From assembly GCA_017654855.1 (NCBI GenBank), contig CM030338.1:1550001-1614000 (forward strand): 64,000 nt of DNA. The letters are read 5' to 3'. A program made the position numbers and the translations under genes. The first letter of the stretch is position 1. Every line of letters begins with the position of its first letter. This DNA is from Podospora anserina (lineage: Eukaryota). A model generated the notes under the pieces. That model was given only the letters and a program-made list of their open reading frames with translations, searched no databases and was not told the origin of the DNA. Shown piece by piece: positions 22,013-34,536 of this stretch.

Positions 22013-25000
22013 ATGGAGAAACCTGTGCCAGTCGTCAAGGTGGAGGGCATCCAAACCCAGAGCAAGATTGACCAAATGTGGCAGGAGGCGCTGGTCACTT
22101 TCAAAAGTCTGACAGGGAAGAACCTCCAGGATGTAGCGCCAGCGTCGCCAGAAGAACTCAGGAAGATCATCGAAGCTCGTGCCAAAGAGCAAGACACCGA
22201 AGAGTTCAAGAACAGATCAAAGGCCCGGGAGAGAGGGTTGAGGATCTTGGCATGCATCAACAAGTTCGGCGAAGCTGCTGTGCAAGGCGTTTCCACGGTA
22301 GGTCATGGTTTCTCAAAGCATTCTTCTGGAGTGCTAACTGTTGGTTTCTAGGTGTTTGGCGGAGCCGATATATGCTTCAAGGGCCTTTCTCTGTTGCTGG
22401 AACTGCCCAAGAAGATGAAGGAGTTTCATGAGGTTGTCGACAAGATCTTCATCCGTATTGCCCCGGTTCTCCAGGGCTTCAAAGTCTATGCAAGGGGAGA
22501 GCAGATCCAAGCCATGGATGAAGACTTGATCATCTCGATCCACAAGGTCATGATTGCCCTTGTCACGATATGCGCTACGGCTCTCAACATTGAGCATGCT
22601 CGAAAATGGGAGAGGTTCAAAAACTTTACCAAGCGTGCTTTGTGTGATGACACAGAACTGGACGAGGAGCTGGAAAAATTTCAGATGCTTGTGGAAGGGC
22701 AGCAGCATGTGCAGGGGGCTGTAACGTTGGTGCAACTCCTCGACGTCAAGGCTACGGTTGTCGCGAATCTGAAAGTGACGAACGAAATCAACTCTGACAT
22801 CAAAGGCATCAAAGACAGAGTGCAGAAAAAGGAGGCGGAAAGCTCCAAGCAGACCCTGCTCACCAAAATCAAGTCTGCACTTGGTATTGACCCCAAGGAC
22901 CCTGATACCTCGAAAGCTACGTTTGAAGACTATCTTAAGAAAAGGGCCCCGGGGACAGGAAGCTGGTTCAAGCCTATGACTGATTATCAGGGCTGGGTAA
23001 ACACGAACGCTTCTGCTCAAGAGATCAGCTCCTTCTTGCTCCTGACAGGAGGTCAAGGGTTCGGCAAATCCTTCTCCGTGGCTTCCATTATCGATGACCT
23101 AAAACAGCGAACCTCAACTCCCGCCGCCATCACACAGACTCACCGTTCCCTGATCGGCTTTTACTTTTTCCCCGCCCGAAGCGGGAAAGCAGGAGACGAA
23201 CAATACCCGGTCGAGATGGCACTCAAGTCTATCGCCATTCAGCTCGCTGAGCAAGACGAGGTCTACGCAAAAAGCATTGGTGAACTCGACCAGCTCAAGG
23301 ATGCAAAACCCTCGAAGCTATGGGATGCTTTGAGACTGGGTTCGCCGATGCCGAGAACCACACATTTCATACTACTCGACGCTCTAGACAACCTTCTCCC
23401 CCCAGAACAGGACGAGTTGCTGAAGGTTTTCCAAGCTGTCCCAAGGACTGGCACGAACGGAAGCTCCATCAGGGTCCTCGCTACTGGAGCGAGCTCTATA
23501 TTTGAAGTTCTCCAGGCGACGGAAAACCTGTCAGTGCGAGAAGTCAAAGCTGACCGTACAACAATGGAATCCGAATTTCGCCACTACATTCGACACAGAC
23601 TTCAGGCTCCCATCATGTTGCCCGGCCCTGACTTGTCGGAGAAGAGAGAAGGCATTGAGAACAAGATCATGCATAGCGAATGCAGTTTCCAGACGATCCA
23701 GGCCACACTTGGTGCGGCTGAAAGTTACATTGCATCCAGTAAAAGTGACGAGGAGCTTAACAAACTCTTGGATGACTCAACCCGAGATACCAGTGTATTA
23801 TTGGTTGATACTGTAGAGAAACTTCAAGCTGGATTGGATGTTGGGCAGATTGGCTGGGTCAATGAACTGTTGATGTGGGTGCTTTTTGGGGAACAGTCGC
23901 TAACTATCCCCCAACTGGAGGCCGCCTTTGTAAGACCCAACCAAGAGACTAGAGTTTCTCACTTGCTGACCCATCTCTTGTTTTAGTTCCTTCGTGGCAA
24001 GTCCCTCCCAATCCAAGGCCTCGAAAACTTCATCAACAGCAGGCTGAAGAAGCTCATCACCAGTGGGCCCCAGGGTATATCTCCAGTAGATGACAATCTT
24101 GACAAGGTCATCACCAAACCGAGGGAGCTTTCACAGGGTGGCCCTGACAACAAAACAATCAGCCTGGAGATAAAAATCAACAACGCCAGCATCTCTAACG
24201 TCCAACGCTTTCTGTGGGACCTTACCAAGTTCTCAACTTTGGATGGCTTCAGTTTTAAAGCTGATGATGCGGCCGCCCAGATCGCTCAATCGCGAGGCAT
24301 CATCAGAGTCAACAAGACCGACGCTTCTCTTGCAATTGTTGAATCCTTCTTTAAGTTCCTTAAAGATGACCCAAGCGAGAAATCAGAGAGCATCAGGCAG
24401 TATCTGATCGACTATCTGGCAGATCACCTTCGAACTCTCCGTACAGCTGAGGGTGACGACAAGCTAACTCCTAGCGAAGCAGGCAGTATCGGAAAGCGTA
24501 TATTTGAGCTTTTCGACTACCCGGATGCCTCCTTGAAGAAACACTGGGACTTCTTCAATTCTAATTGGGAGTTCATTGAAGAGCGCAATATGAGCGAATT
24601 TTGGGAATGGATTCAAATGGATACGACACTCGCCGAACTTTCTGGCAAGGAAAGAGACCACATCGTTGAACTCAAGAAAGATGTGAGGTGGGAACGTAAG
24701 CTGCTCAAACCGACCATGAAGATGGTGGCGAAGATGTGGCTTCGCGAGCGCGGAAACGACGTGTACTACCTCCTGGCGTGGATCAAGGGGGCCCTCATTC
24801 GAATAGTACGTGGCCCCTGATCAGAGATGTTCATGAGAATTGATCACTGACGCTATAAACAGAAACAGGAGGACAACCGTGCAGCAACCAAAGCCTCAAA
24901 ATCCCCGGAGACAACCTCGTTGTCCAGTACTGCCAAGCCTCCTGCGACTGCTGGCCCTCTTACACCTTCCGAAACCGCCACGTCCAACACGGATACACCG

Positions 25001-27259
25001 GCTTCTACTGCCGATTCTGACGTGCCTGATAGGCCTGCGAGCCCTTCTCCTTCTAGCACTTCCACTGAGGAGGAGTTCGACCCCCCTGTAAAGGTTGATA
25101 TCACAGAGGCAGCGAGGTGGTGCCAAGAGATACTTGAACTCAAAGACGAAGAGCTAGACTCGCTGTGGTACGAGCGTCTTGGTCAAACGTACAAGGATTC
25201 ATATCCGGTGAGCTTCAAAGACGCGATCGAGCAATACCGAAAGGCCGAGAAGTGCTCCAGTCCATATCCGTCATGGGAGGTTCTGATTGGGTTGTCATAC
25301 TCCTTACTCGCCGTTAGTTCGGCGAACTTCGACGAGGCGCGTGCAATCCACGACCGGGCGATGAACCTTTACAAAGATTCTCCTTCTGTCAGTATCGAGC
25401 AGAAGGTCTCTCAGCTTAAAGACTTGGCGTGGTGGTACGACAATTACAAAGAACCGGAGAAAGCCCTTGAGGTCTTGGAGGAAGTACTTGTCTTGGCGCC
25501 TGGACACGGGGAGGCCCAGTACGACATCATGAGTCTATTGATTAAGCTGGAAAGAGTGGGGGAATTGCACGAATTGGTCTCGAAAACAGCGGCGTCCAAG
25601 GAAGCGGCGGGTAAAGAGGCCGACAAGGGGCTGACACCACTTGGGTCCCTCGTTAAGGCAGTTGCTATGAGTAACGCATGGAGCCGCGCGGATCCTCTCT
25701 TCTGGAGAATAATCTCCATACTTGAAGCCACTGGCAGCGTGGAAGACCTGATGGGGGCGCTCGATGCGGGTATTTCTTTGTCCAAAGGCGACAAGGAGAA
25801 TGAGTATCTTCAATCTGTCCTCATTACTTACAAGGGCATGGTCCATATGCATCGCTCGGGATCTGAGGATATCCACCATGTGATGGAATGTTGTGAACTT
25901 GCCCGGAAACTTGCGCACGAAAGATTGAGCCGGACTATGCCATGGTGGACCGATCGGATATACAACAAAACCACGGTGTTGGCTGACAGGTTTCACTTTA
26001 ACCAAGCCAGTGGGAGAGGAAGACTTCCTGGAAGCACGGCATTGACGACCGAGGATCACGTCGAAGCCCTTAGGAAATCGATGACTGAGTTTGAGAAGAG
26101 TCTCCGTGACCGCTTCGACGTCCAGCTCTCCATAGCTAAGAGCTACTTGGCTGCGTATTATGCGCTCAAGTCACCGCAAAACCTCGAGGAGTCGAGGAGG
26201 GTTTTCGCTTCAGATATGGTACGGGTGACGAACATGCTATCTGACGGGAACAAGCACAACGACGCGGACAGCTTGAGGCAGCTGAGCGCCATCCTGCTGC
26301 ATACCGGGAATGTTCAGAATTCGTTGGCTTGCATGCGGCTGGTGCCGCCTGATATCACCAACGGGAGTGCTGCATCTACCGCCAAAGTGCTGACTCGACT
26401 GCTCTGCCCGGAGGGCGGCCCTCCAAAGGAAGGAAGTGTCGCTCACAGGGTTCTGTCCTCGTTTGACAACAACTCGAAAAACATGTTCTATATACGAAGT
26501 GACATGATTACGACGGTGAACGACCTGATGGACAAGCTTATTGACGGGCGGTCTGCTTCTCTTGCCGAAGCAGAAAAAGAGAAAGAGGAAGAGGACGTCG
26601 ACGCGACACTGGCGCGGCTCCGCACGGTGAGGGATGCGTTGCATATATACGGGTATCGGGACTGCGAAGGATGCATAGGGTCGAACGGGCGGACGTGGGA
26701 CTTTGAGAATGATTTTTATGCGTGCCGGTATTGTTATGACTTGTTTCTTTGCGGGCCCTGTCTTGATGCGCTCAAGAAGGCGGATCCGAACAAGCCGCAG
26801 CCGTTTTGTAGTCCGGGGCATGACTGGGTTTGGTTGCCGAAGTGGACGGTGGAGAGCTGGATAGAGGGTTTTGAGGGGAAGGTGAGGGTGCCGAAGTGGG
26901 AAGAAGGGGAGAAGACGGGGGGTTGTTGGGTGGAGGGGGACGAGGTGGTTGCTTTTGGGAAGTGGTTGGAGGGGGTGTTGAAGCCGTGGGGGATTGGGAA
27001 GGAGTGGGAGGCTGAGGTGAAGTGGGATGTGGAGAGGGGGGAGGAGAGTTTTGTTGATGAGATGTTGTATGATGGGTTGCTTAAGGCTGGGCTTGAGGCG
27101 CAGGCCGAGGAGAAGGAAAAGGGGGAGAAGGAGGGCGGGGTGAGTGGGGAGAAGGTTGATGGGATAGCGAACGAGGGGAAGATGACGGTGGGGACGGTGA
27201 TGATGGAGAAAGTGGCGGTTGAGAAGGTTGCTGTCCAGGAGGTTACTGAGAAGAGTTGA
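22013..27259 (+). CDS. Fungal NLR-like STAND protein: Goodbye-like N-terminus, NACHT, TPR-like helices, C-terminal ZZ-like zinc finger (~1690 aa)
   Basis: Exons 22013-22297, 22352-23929, 23987-24805, 24863-27259 join in frame. MWQEALVTFKSLTGKNL N-terminus; RAPGTGSWF; Walker A GGQGFGKS; Walker B FILLDALD; TPR-like WYERLGQTY, KALEVLEEVLVLAPGH; CEGC...CRYC...LCGPC...C..GH. Confidence 0.85.
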
Positions 27260-29724
27260 CGATGGCAGGGGATTGCTGCGTAGTTGGGGTTGTAGCTTTT
27301 TTCCAGCTTTTGGATTATACCCTTCATATTTCGATTACCAGCTATAATGCGACATCTTCACATTGATGAATATGAACAGCAATTCTTTTGCTATATTACC
27401 ATCAAACCAACTACGTTCTTGAACCTGGCTGATCCCTTCATCTTTTCCGCACCTTGAAACCATGCAAAAAACTCATTACGCATCCATAGCTTCAAGGAAC
27501 CGAGTTTGAAGTCCAGCCTTGTCATCCCTCACTCTGGACAGTTATTGGATGACAGGGTGTCAGAGGGCATGAAGAAGTGCGAAAACTCCGGAAATCGCCG
27601 GCCCGCTGTCAATGAGCGAGTCTGTCAGCAAGGAAGAAAGCTTGGGTACCTTCCTGTTTAGGGGACAATATTCGAGATTAGGAGGGGATTGGGCTTTGGG
27701 GTTCATGATGGCCAATAGCTAGAATCTTTGCTGACCATGGGCTTTCTGACTGACACTTATTTTGAACATGGAGGAGTTCATGGTTGAACCACGTCATCAT
27801 ACCTGGGAGCAGCTTTTCGAGCGATGCGGGCGATTCACATATAGCAAGTTGGGTGATTACGGGGTGATGTTGGGTCAAGAGTGATGAGTTGGCGCGTAGG
27901 TTGCATATAACCGTGTTTTCTTTGGCGCCTGCTGGTCAATAGATACCACGACGGTGCACTGTGTCGACTGCTAGGTAGATAGACGGCCGGTTGGGAAAGA
28001 TTCGCGGGCCGTTGGATGATGGATGGTGGCGGGCGCCGTTGGGTAGGTACCTCTCTGTTGAACGATGAGGCGGACGGATGCTACCCCTTTTTTTCTCTCA
28101 CGCCTATGGGATGGAGAAACGACAGATTGTTCCGCGTCTGCATATGCAGGTATAGCTTGAGTGCTTGCAGATTTTCTATGACGTCTAACTTGGAACTATG
28201 GCATGTGCCTCGGAGGCTGTGATTCCCTTTTTTTGAGCATGCGTGATGTGGTGTGGAATCGAGGCGCTTGGACGCCGCTACCTTACGTACATGTGGCCGG
28301 GAGACTAACCCTGAAACAAACACCAGGTGTATGTAGAGCCTGGTGCTAGGTCGGGAGGTTGGTTATTCGGAACTGGACCGGAGGGGAGGGTGGTTGGGAA
28401 GATTTGAAGATGGTAGGGGAAACCGGAAGTTGGGTTGGTTACCAAGGGAAGATTGGGTAGTTGAGGGAGAAGAGCCGCACTGTATAACCTGCTGGGTCAG
28501 AAGAGGTGATGTTGGCGATAGAGGATGGGAGGTCGGAAGCTAGGTGGTCTTTTGCGCGCCGTGCCGCACCGTGAGATCGAGATTTCTTTGGGGATGTCGG
28601 TTTGACGAAGAGGCACCACGAAGATATGAGTTATCAGAAGAAGAAAGACGTAGAAGAAGCCTTACCTGTGCTTCCAGGTTGAGGTGGTGTAGGAGTTCAA
28701 TGCTGTCTTGTACGGCAGGGGAATGTCCACGTTGTAGGGCTGTTTCCCGGGGATCCCCGGTTCCTGAATGACAGCGGGGGTGGCCCCTGAAAGCTTGGGT
28801 ACCTAGCGGCGGGTAGCGGGTGGGTCAGTGCTTGGCAGTATCGTAGGTTTCCAACTTTTGAGATGTTGGTTTCTCTTCTGTCGATCTCCAAACTCAGAGG
28901 CCGTTTCTCGACGCTAGTTCTGGCTAGCATGGTGCTTCCCGACGGCCTTTTTGGCCTCACTATGGCAGCGAAAAGCCAAGATGAAGTGGCGACTGGTAGG
29001 ATTGCATCGTTCGTACAGGCTGACGGCGCTAACTGATTACATGTGCACTTCTGTGGGGCTCTGCTCGTCAGCTCCTCTTCCTGTGTGTTGATTCCTTCCT
29101 CCATCACATTGTCAACACACACAGAGAACCGCGGTGGCCTGGGGGCTGAAAATCTGGGGAGAGGCAAAGCCCTTTTGGCCTTTTTTTTCTTGAAGAAGAG
29201 GAGACGAGGCGATTGGGGGCTTTCTCTGGTGTACTGAACTTGGTATCGCAAGCATGGTCGTACTTGACATACTACGCACGGACGTTAACTGGAACCAAAT
29301 CCAACGTTGCGTGAGATGCCCTGGTCTTGATTGATGGGCATCCTGAAGAACCTGGAAGACAAGGGGGTTTGATAAAATGGACGAGGAGCGGCGCGGTTTG
29401 TGGTTTGTGGTTGTGGTGGTTGCTGACACACTTTCCCTTTTCGATCTTAATCTCAAGAGGACCCCCTTCCAAGGCTCTGCTTACGATTTACGCCTGTTTT
29501 TCACTCCTGGTTTGTTTCTTTTCCTTTTTTGAATTGCTATCGCCAATTACACTCGTTGAATTCTCTCGTTATTTTCTTGTCTTTATGTTTTAACGTGACT
29601 GGAATCGCCGGGCAGGAAATACCGCAGTGATCATGAAAGCCTCATCTTCGCCAAGACATCGAGTATAGGCGACCAAATACGGGCGATATCATTCAAAAGA
29701 GGGAAGAGGAGAAAAGGACACATC

Positions 29725-30879
29725 ATGGATTCACGACGGCCACCGCTGGATCCTCGAGACGAACTGCTTCAAGGCCACGGCATCGAGCTCGCCGAACGTC
29801 CACAGTTCACTGAACATGACACCCAGCCCGGCCTTGAGGTTGCCACCCACTCCACGCTTGAAGTGGCTCCAGGCACTGGGCCAGTTCCAATCGGTTCGCC
29901 TGTCACAGGCTTTGAGGATCTCAAGACATGGGAGAAGGTAGGAAACCTATCATTGGGATACGGCAAGGTGTTCGACAGTACCAACAGCCCGCCGCCACCG
30001 CCAATACCAAACTATGGTTTTGGGGGACCACCGCCGATACCCGGGACGGAGATGGTGACACCGGGGATGCATAGGCCGAGTAGGCCCGGAACAGCATACA
30101 GCAGTACGACTTCAAGAGGAGGGCCGAATGGGAGGGGCCAAGGCAGTGTTGATTCGGGCAACCCGTTTGTCGCCGGGCCATCGCTGCCACCTTTGCCAGG
30201 CGAGGGACTCGACGGAAGAAGGAAAAGAGAGATGATATGCGGAGTCAAACGACAGTCATTTTGGATTATCCTTGCGACTGGGATATTTCTCGCCGTGATA
30301 GCGATAGCAGCCGGTGTTGGTGTAGGAGTCTCGTTGGGAAACAAGAACTCCAAGGAAGCGTAAGTTTTCTCCTCCATCCTCGTTTTGTGCTGCATCAAAT
30401 TAATCTTTCCTAGACAACCACCAACACCATCACAATCTACCTCACCATCAACACCCGTTCGAACCCTCCCAGTACCCCTTTTCAACGCCTCCACCGTCAC
30501 GAACCCCGAGTCTACCAACAAGAGCGAGCTAATCCCCGCCGACATATCGTGCCCTGTTCAGAACCTCACTCTCTATTCTTCGCCTATGACCCCGTCAAAT
30601 GATCGGAAATTTCTACTGTTTTGTGGGAGGGATTACAATGTTGTTAATGGGGCGACGGATATGTATGATGTGAGAGTTGATACCATGGCGGAGTGTATAG
30701 ATTCGTGTGCCAAACAGGAAGGGTGCGTCGGTTCCGGATGGGGGGAGCAGGGGGGGAAACATGTCTGCTATCTGAAGAGTCGGTTGGGGGAGCCGAATTT
30801 GGCGGGACATTGGATGTTTGCGGTGGAGGATACGGAGTTTAATGGGGGAGGGGACTTGCCTTTGCCTGGTGGGACATGA
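29725..30879 (+). CDS. Single-pass membrane protein with extracellular PAN/apple-like domain
   Basis: Intron 30360-30413. PGLEV, ICGVKRQSFW before the TM helix (IILATGIFLAVIAIAAGVGVGVSLG), S/T/P linker, then CPVQN...FCGRDY...CIDSCAKQEGCVG...CYLK. Confidence 0.72.
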
Positions 30880-31605
30880 GAAGATGCGATCTTTTCTATT
30901 TTGTTATTTTTCTGGATACCTCGGGAGATGGGGCGTTTGAGTAGTTTCAGGGATGAAGGAAAACAAGGCTCGAGGGAGGTCGTGGTGTCTAGTGTTTACT
31001 CTCTTGCGGGTTGCCTGTGGTCAAATGGATTGGATCGATGGGTGATGGGGTATGTTCAGGATACTATGACATATGAATTGATACCTTTCAAACTTCTTTT
31101 TGTATACTGTTAGGGGTGGTGACAGATAGTAAACCGAGGTGGTCAGGATTGTGGAGTTCTAGGCCCGTCACCAACACCGACGTCATAGGGCATTTTGATA
31201 GGACATCAAAAGTCTAGACTCAGCAACGCCATCCCAACTGTCACACCGCCCAGAATCCATTGGCAAGCTCATGCAACGATACGACCCCGTATTTGGTTCC
31301 TTGGAAGCATCCATTGGACAAGCTCCATCCAAGATCAAACACGCTGTCTCGTCGCGCAAGTGGAGGGGCAGCTCCTGAAGCAAAGCAGCAAGAGTGGAGT
31401 GCGGGGTTCCCATGGTTGGCTTGCTTAACTTGCTCCAGGCAGGCGACACACTCCACTGCGATCCAGCACTGCCGTCCTCGACTTGACACTCATCCAGAGC
31501 TTCCGGTTGACTTTGAATCTTTTCCATTTCCCTCTCCTCTTCGACTTGATTGTCCTACACACTCTCTCTCCATTAACCGCACATATCACCCCGCGAACAA
31601 CCAAC

Positions 31606-33596
31606 ATGGCAACCACCGAACTCGACCGCGACCCCTCCAAAGCCATCACCGCCATCCGCGACGCCCGCCCTCCCGCCACCGACCGCTTCACCTATCTCAC
31701 CATCGTCGAGTCGAACCTCTCCCCAGAGGTCCTCCCAACCCTCAACGAAGTCCTTCAAGATGCTGGTCTCACGCAAGAAATCGGCTGGGACCTGGTATAC
31801 AACCTCGTCTCCCTCCCCGGCTCGTCATCATGCCTCGAGACGATCGCGCGCCTTGGCAACCCCCGAGAGGTCATCCTCAAGGTTCTCGAAACACTCGAAC
31901 TCCTAGGCGAAGAGGAGGGCTACGAAGCAGATGATGAAGCTGAAACCACAAAGGAGAAGAAGGAGGGCGGTGTGACAAAAACAGAGAAATTCATCACCCT
32001 AATGGGGATGCTGGCGATCCTACACGGAAGAATCAAGACGAAGTATCCCTCTCGCTTCCTGGCGCAGACGCTGCAGACGGTGCTGGGGGCTTATGAGGCG
32101 GGGAGTGAAGAGATGACGGCTGCGGTGATCAATTTGGTGCATAGTCTGAGTGGGAAGAGGGCGAGGCCGCCGTTGCCGAGCAGGAAGTCGAGTGTGAATG
32201 TGGCCAACTTGGACGCTCGGGGGGATAGGGGGAAGAATGCGCCTGATCCGGAGGCGGATGATGGGAAGGAGGGCGAGGCAAAGACGGAGGATCCGGATGA
32301 GATGGAGCTGCAGCAGAAGCTGTTGTTGAGTTTTGCCACGTGCGTGTTGGAGAGGTACGCGAATGGGAATGACTTGGCGTGGGCGGGGAGGCTGGTTGAG
32401 TTTTATGAGCCGGAGAGGACTGTGCCGGGGAGGAGGACGTTGATGGGGGCTTTTAGGGAGGAGGAGGGGTTGTTGGCTAAGGATGGGATTGTGGGGAATT
32501 TGGTGGTATGTTTCTGTTCCTTGAAGATGTTGACTGACCCGAGAGCTGACATGATATCTAGGCGCTGATTGGGGATCTTGGACTGAGGTCATGCTCCAGG
32601 ACGTTCTTGAAGCATGTGTGTGAAGGACCTTTACATGAGAATCCGCTGGCTGGCTCAGAGGACTTTGAGTCAGCAAGCCAGGTCAAGCTTTCTACAGGAG
32701 GAGCTGTTTGTCTCGTGGCCTACTGGGTCTTCTCGTCGACAATCTTTGACGCCGACCACCCACAGCCAGAGATGAACATCTTCCCAGACCACTATGCCGT
32801 CCTGGACAAATTCCTTCAAGATGATGCGCATGCCCAGATTCAACAGTCGCCAGGCACAGTAGAGGCCCTTGTCACAATCGGCCTCTGGCTGCATGCGAAC
32901 AAGTTTGTCTCGGCGAACCCCAACACCCCGCTCACAAATCCTACAACATCTCCAGAAGATCCTACCTCGGATTTTATGCGGTATATTCACCTCGTCACGC
33001 TCATCGCGCTATTTCATCCCAAGCTTCACGTTCGCAACGCAGCCAGCACACTGGCTGGGCAGGTACTCCATTCTGATCCATCAGATGATGACCGCTTGAA
33101 GGTCTTGTACGATTTGTTGGAGAATTGCACATTTGCCTCGCTCAAAGCGAGAGCGATCACCTGGCTGAGAGAGGAATTGATCGCAGCGTCCACGGCAAAG
33201 CTTCACCAAGCAACCGCTTTTTCAACACCGCAGGCTCTGGAAACGGTGCAATATGTGGTCTTTCCAAACCTGGACTTTTTGGTGGAGGATACCAATCTGG
33301 AGGAAGTGGTCGAGTATCTGGTGACCAACGCACCATTCCTCATGCAGGCGGTGAACTTGGGATTATTCCTCTGGTCCAGTCCAGAGAAATGGAAGGCCGT
33401 GCTGCCGGCGAACATGGATGCGACGGTCAGGCAGCGCTGGTTTGAGCCGCTGCTAGAGAGCATCGAGAGGGTTCAAAAGGAGAGCAAGAGTTCTGATGTA
33501 GAGTTGGGGCCGTTGGAGGGTGAACTGGCCGTGTTGAAGGGGAGGTTGGAGGATCTTGCTGCGAAGGAGGGATTCACTGGTGGGAAGGGTGTATGA
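31606..33596 (+). CDS. Ybp1/Alf4/glomulin-like (former DUF1760) protein
   Basis: Intron 32506-32561 joins two long ORFs in frame. PPATDRFTYLTIVE, LTQEIGWDLV, CLETIARLGNPREVILKV, RIKTKYPSRFL, DLLENC..ASLKA match this family as recalled. Confidence 0.72.
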
Positions 33597-34536
33597 GCAT
33601 ACTGTCGTTGACTGAGTATCTATCATCGGGTTGGGCACATATTGACGATTGTGAGATGAACTAGGTGGCGCAAACGGGAGCGACGGTAATAATGTGGGGG
33701 ACGAGGGATAAGAGACATATGATGAACTGGTTCTGTAGGAGATATTGCTACTTGTGAATACTAAACGGATTGTTCCGGGTGATGGTGTCGATGAAGAAGA
33801 CTTGTTAGGACAGGGAGATCGAAACACTTGGGTCGACATCTTGACCCTGAGCTTGGCCAAAATCAAGATCAAGAAGGAGCATTCATCTCGGCAACGTTCA
33901 TTGCGGCCCCTGAGCAAGTTCAGGAGCATTTCCTCCAGGGGGCTGGGTTGAGAGTGGGGCAAGGGTGGCACAGACACCCGGGCCGTGGCTCCAATCGCTA
34001 GCGCCGAGCCACAGCGAACCAAAAAGCCTTTCCCTGCAGGTAAACCGTTATGATGTCATTGTTGTAAGTGCTCCCGTTCTCGTACAGACTGCGATTATAC
34101 ATACACAATGGAGCAATTCCTGTTGGTTGCTCGATTGCGAGGGAGAATATCTTGCAGCGAAGAACCTAATACCTAGAATAAAAGGCCGAGTTCGTCCGAG
34201 CGGCTGTTTTAAAAAAAAGCGTTGACACCAGTGACACCACACCCAGCACCATCGAGGGGCAACGACACGCGCCAAACACTTACAGCTACACAACGGCGAC
34301 TCTGTCTGTGTCAGGAACACGCGTTGCCGGGCGAGCATTTGTGACCTTGCCGTTTCCCTCCTTGGCTGATGCTTTTATTTTCTTTCAGTTTGCAATAACA
34401 AAACACCAAAACCACCTCTGCGGATTTGATCGGCTTTTTGATCTGAGCGGTCGGCGCTCTCTCTCTTGCACATCAACTAGCAAATCCAACTGCACGTACC
34501 TCGACAACACGGACGTCGACGACACGACTCTCCACC

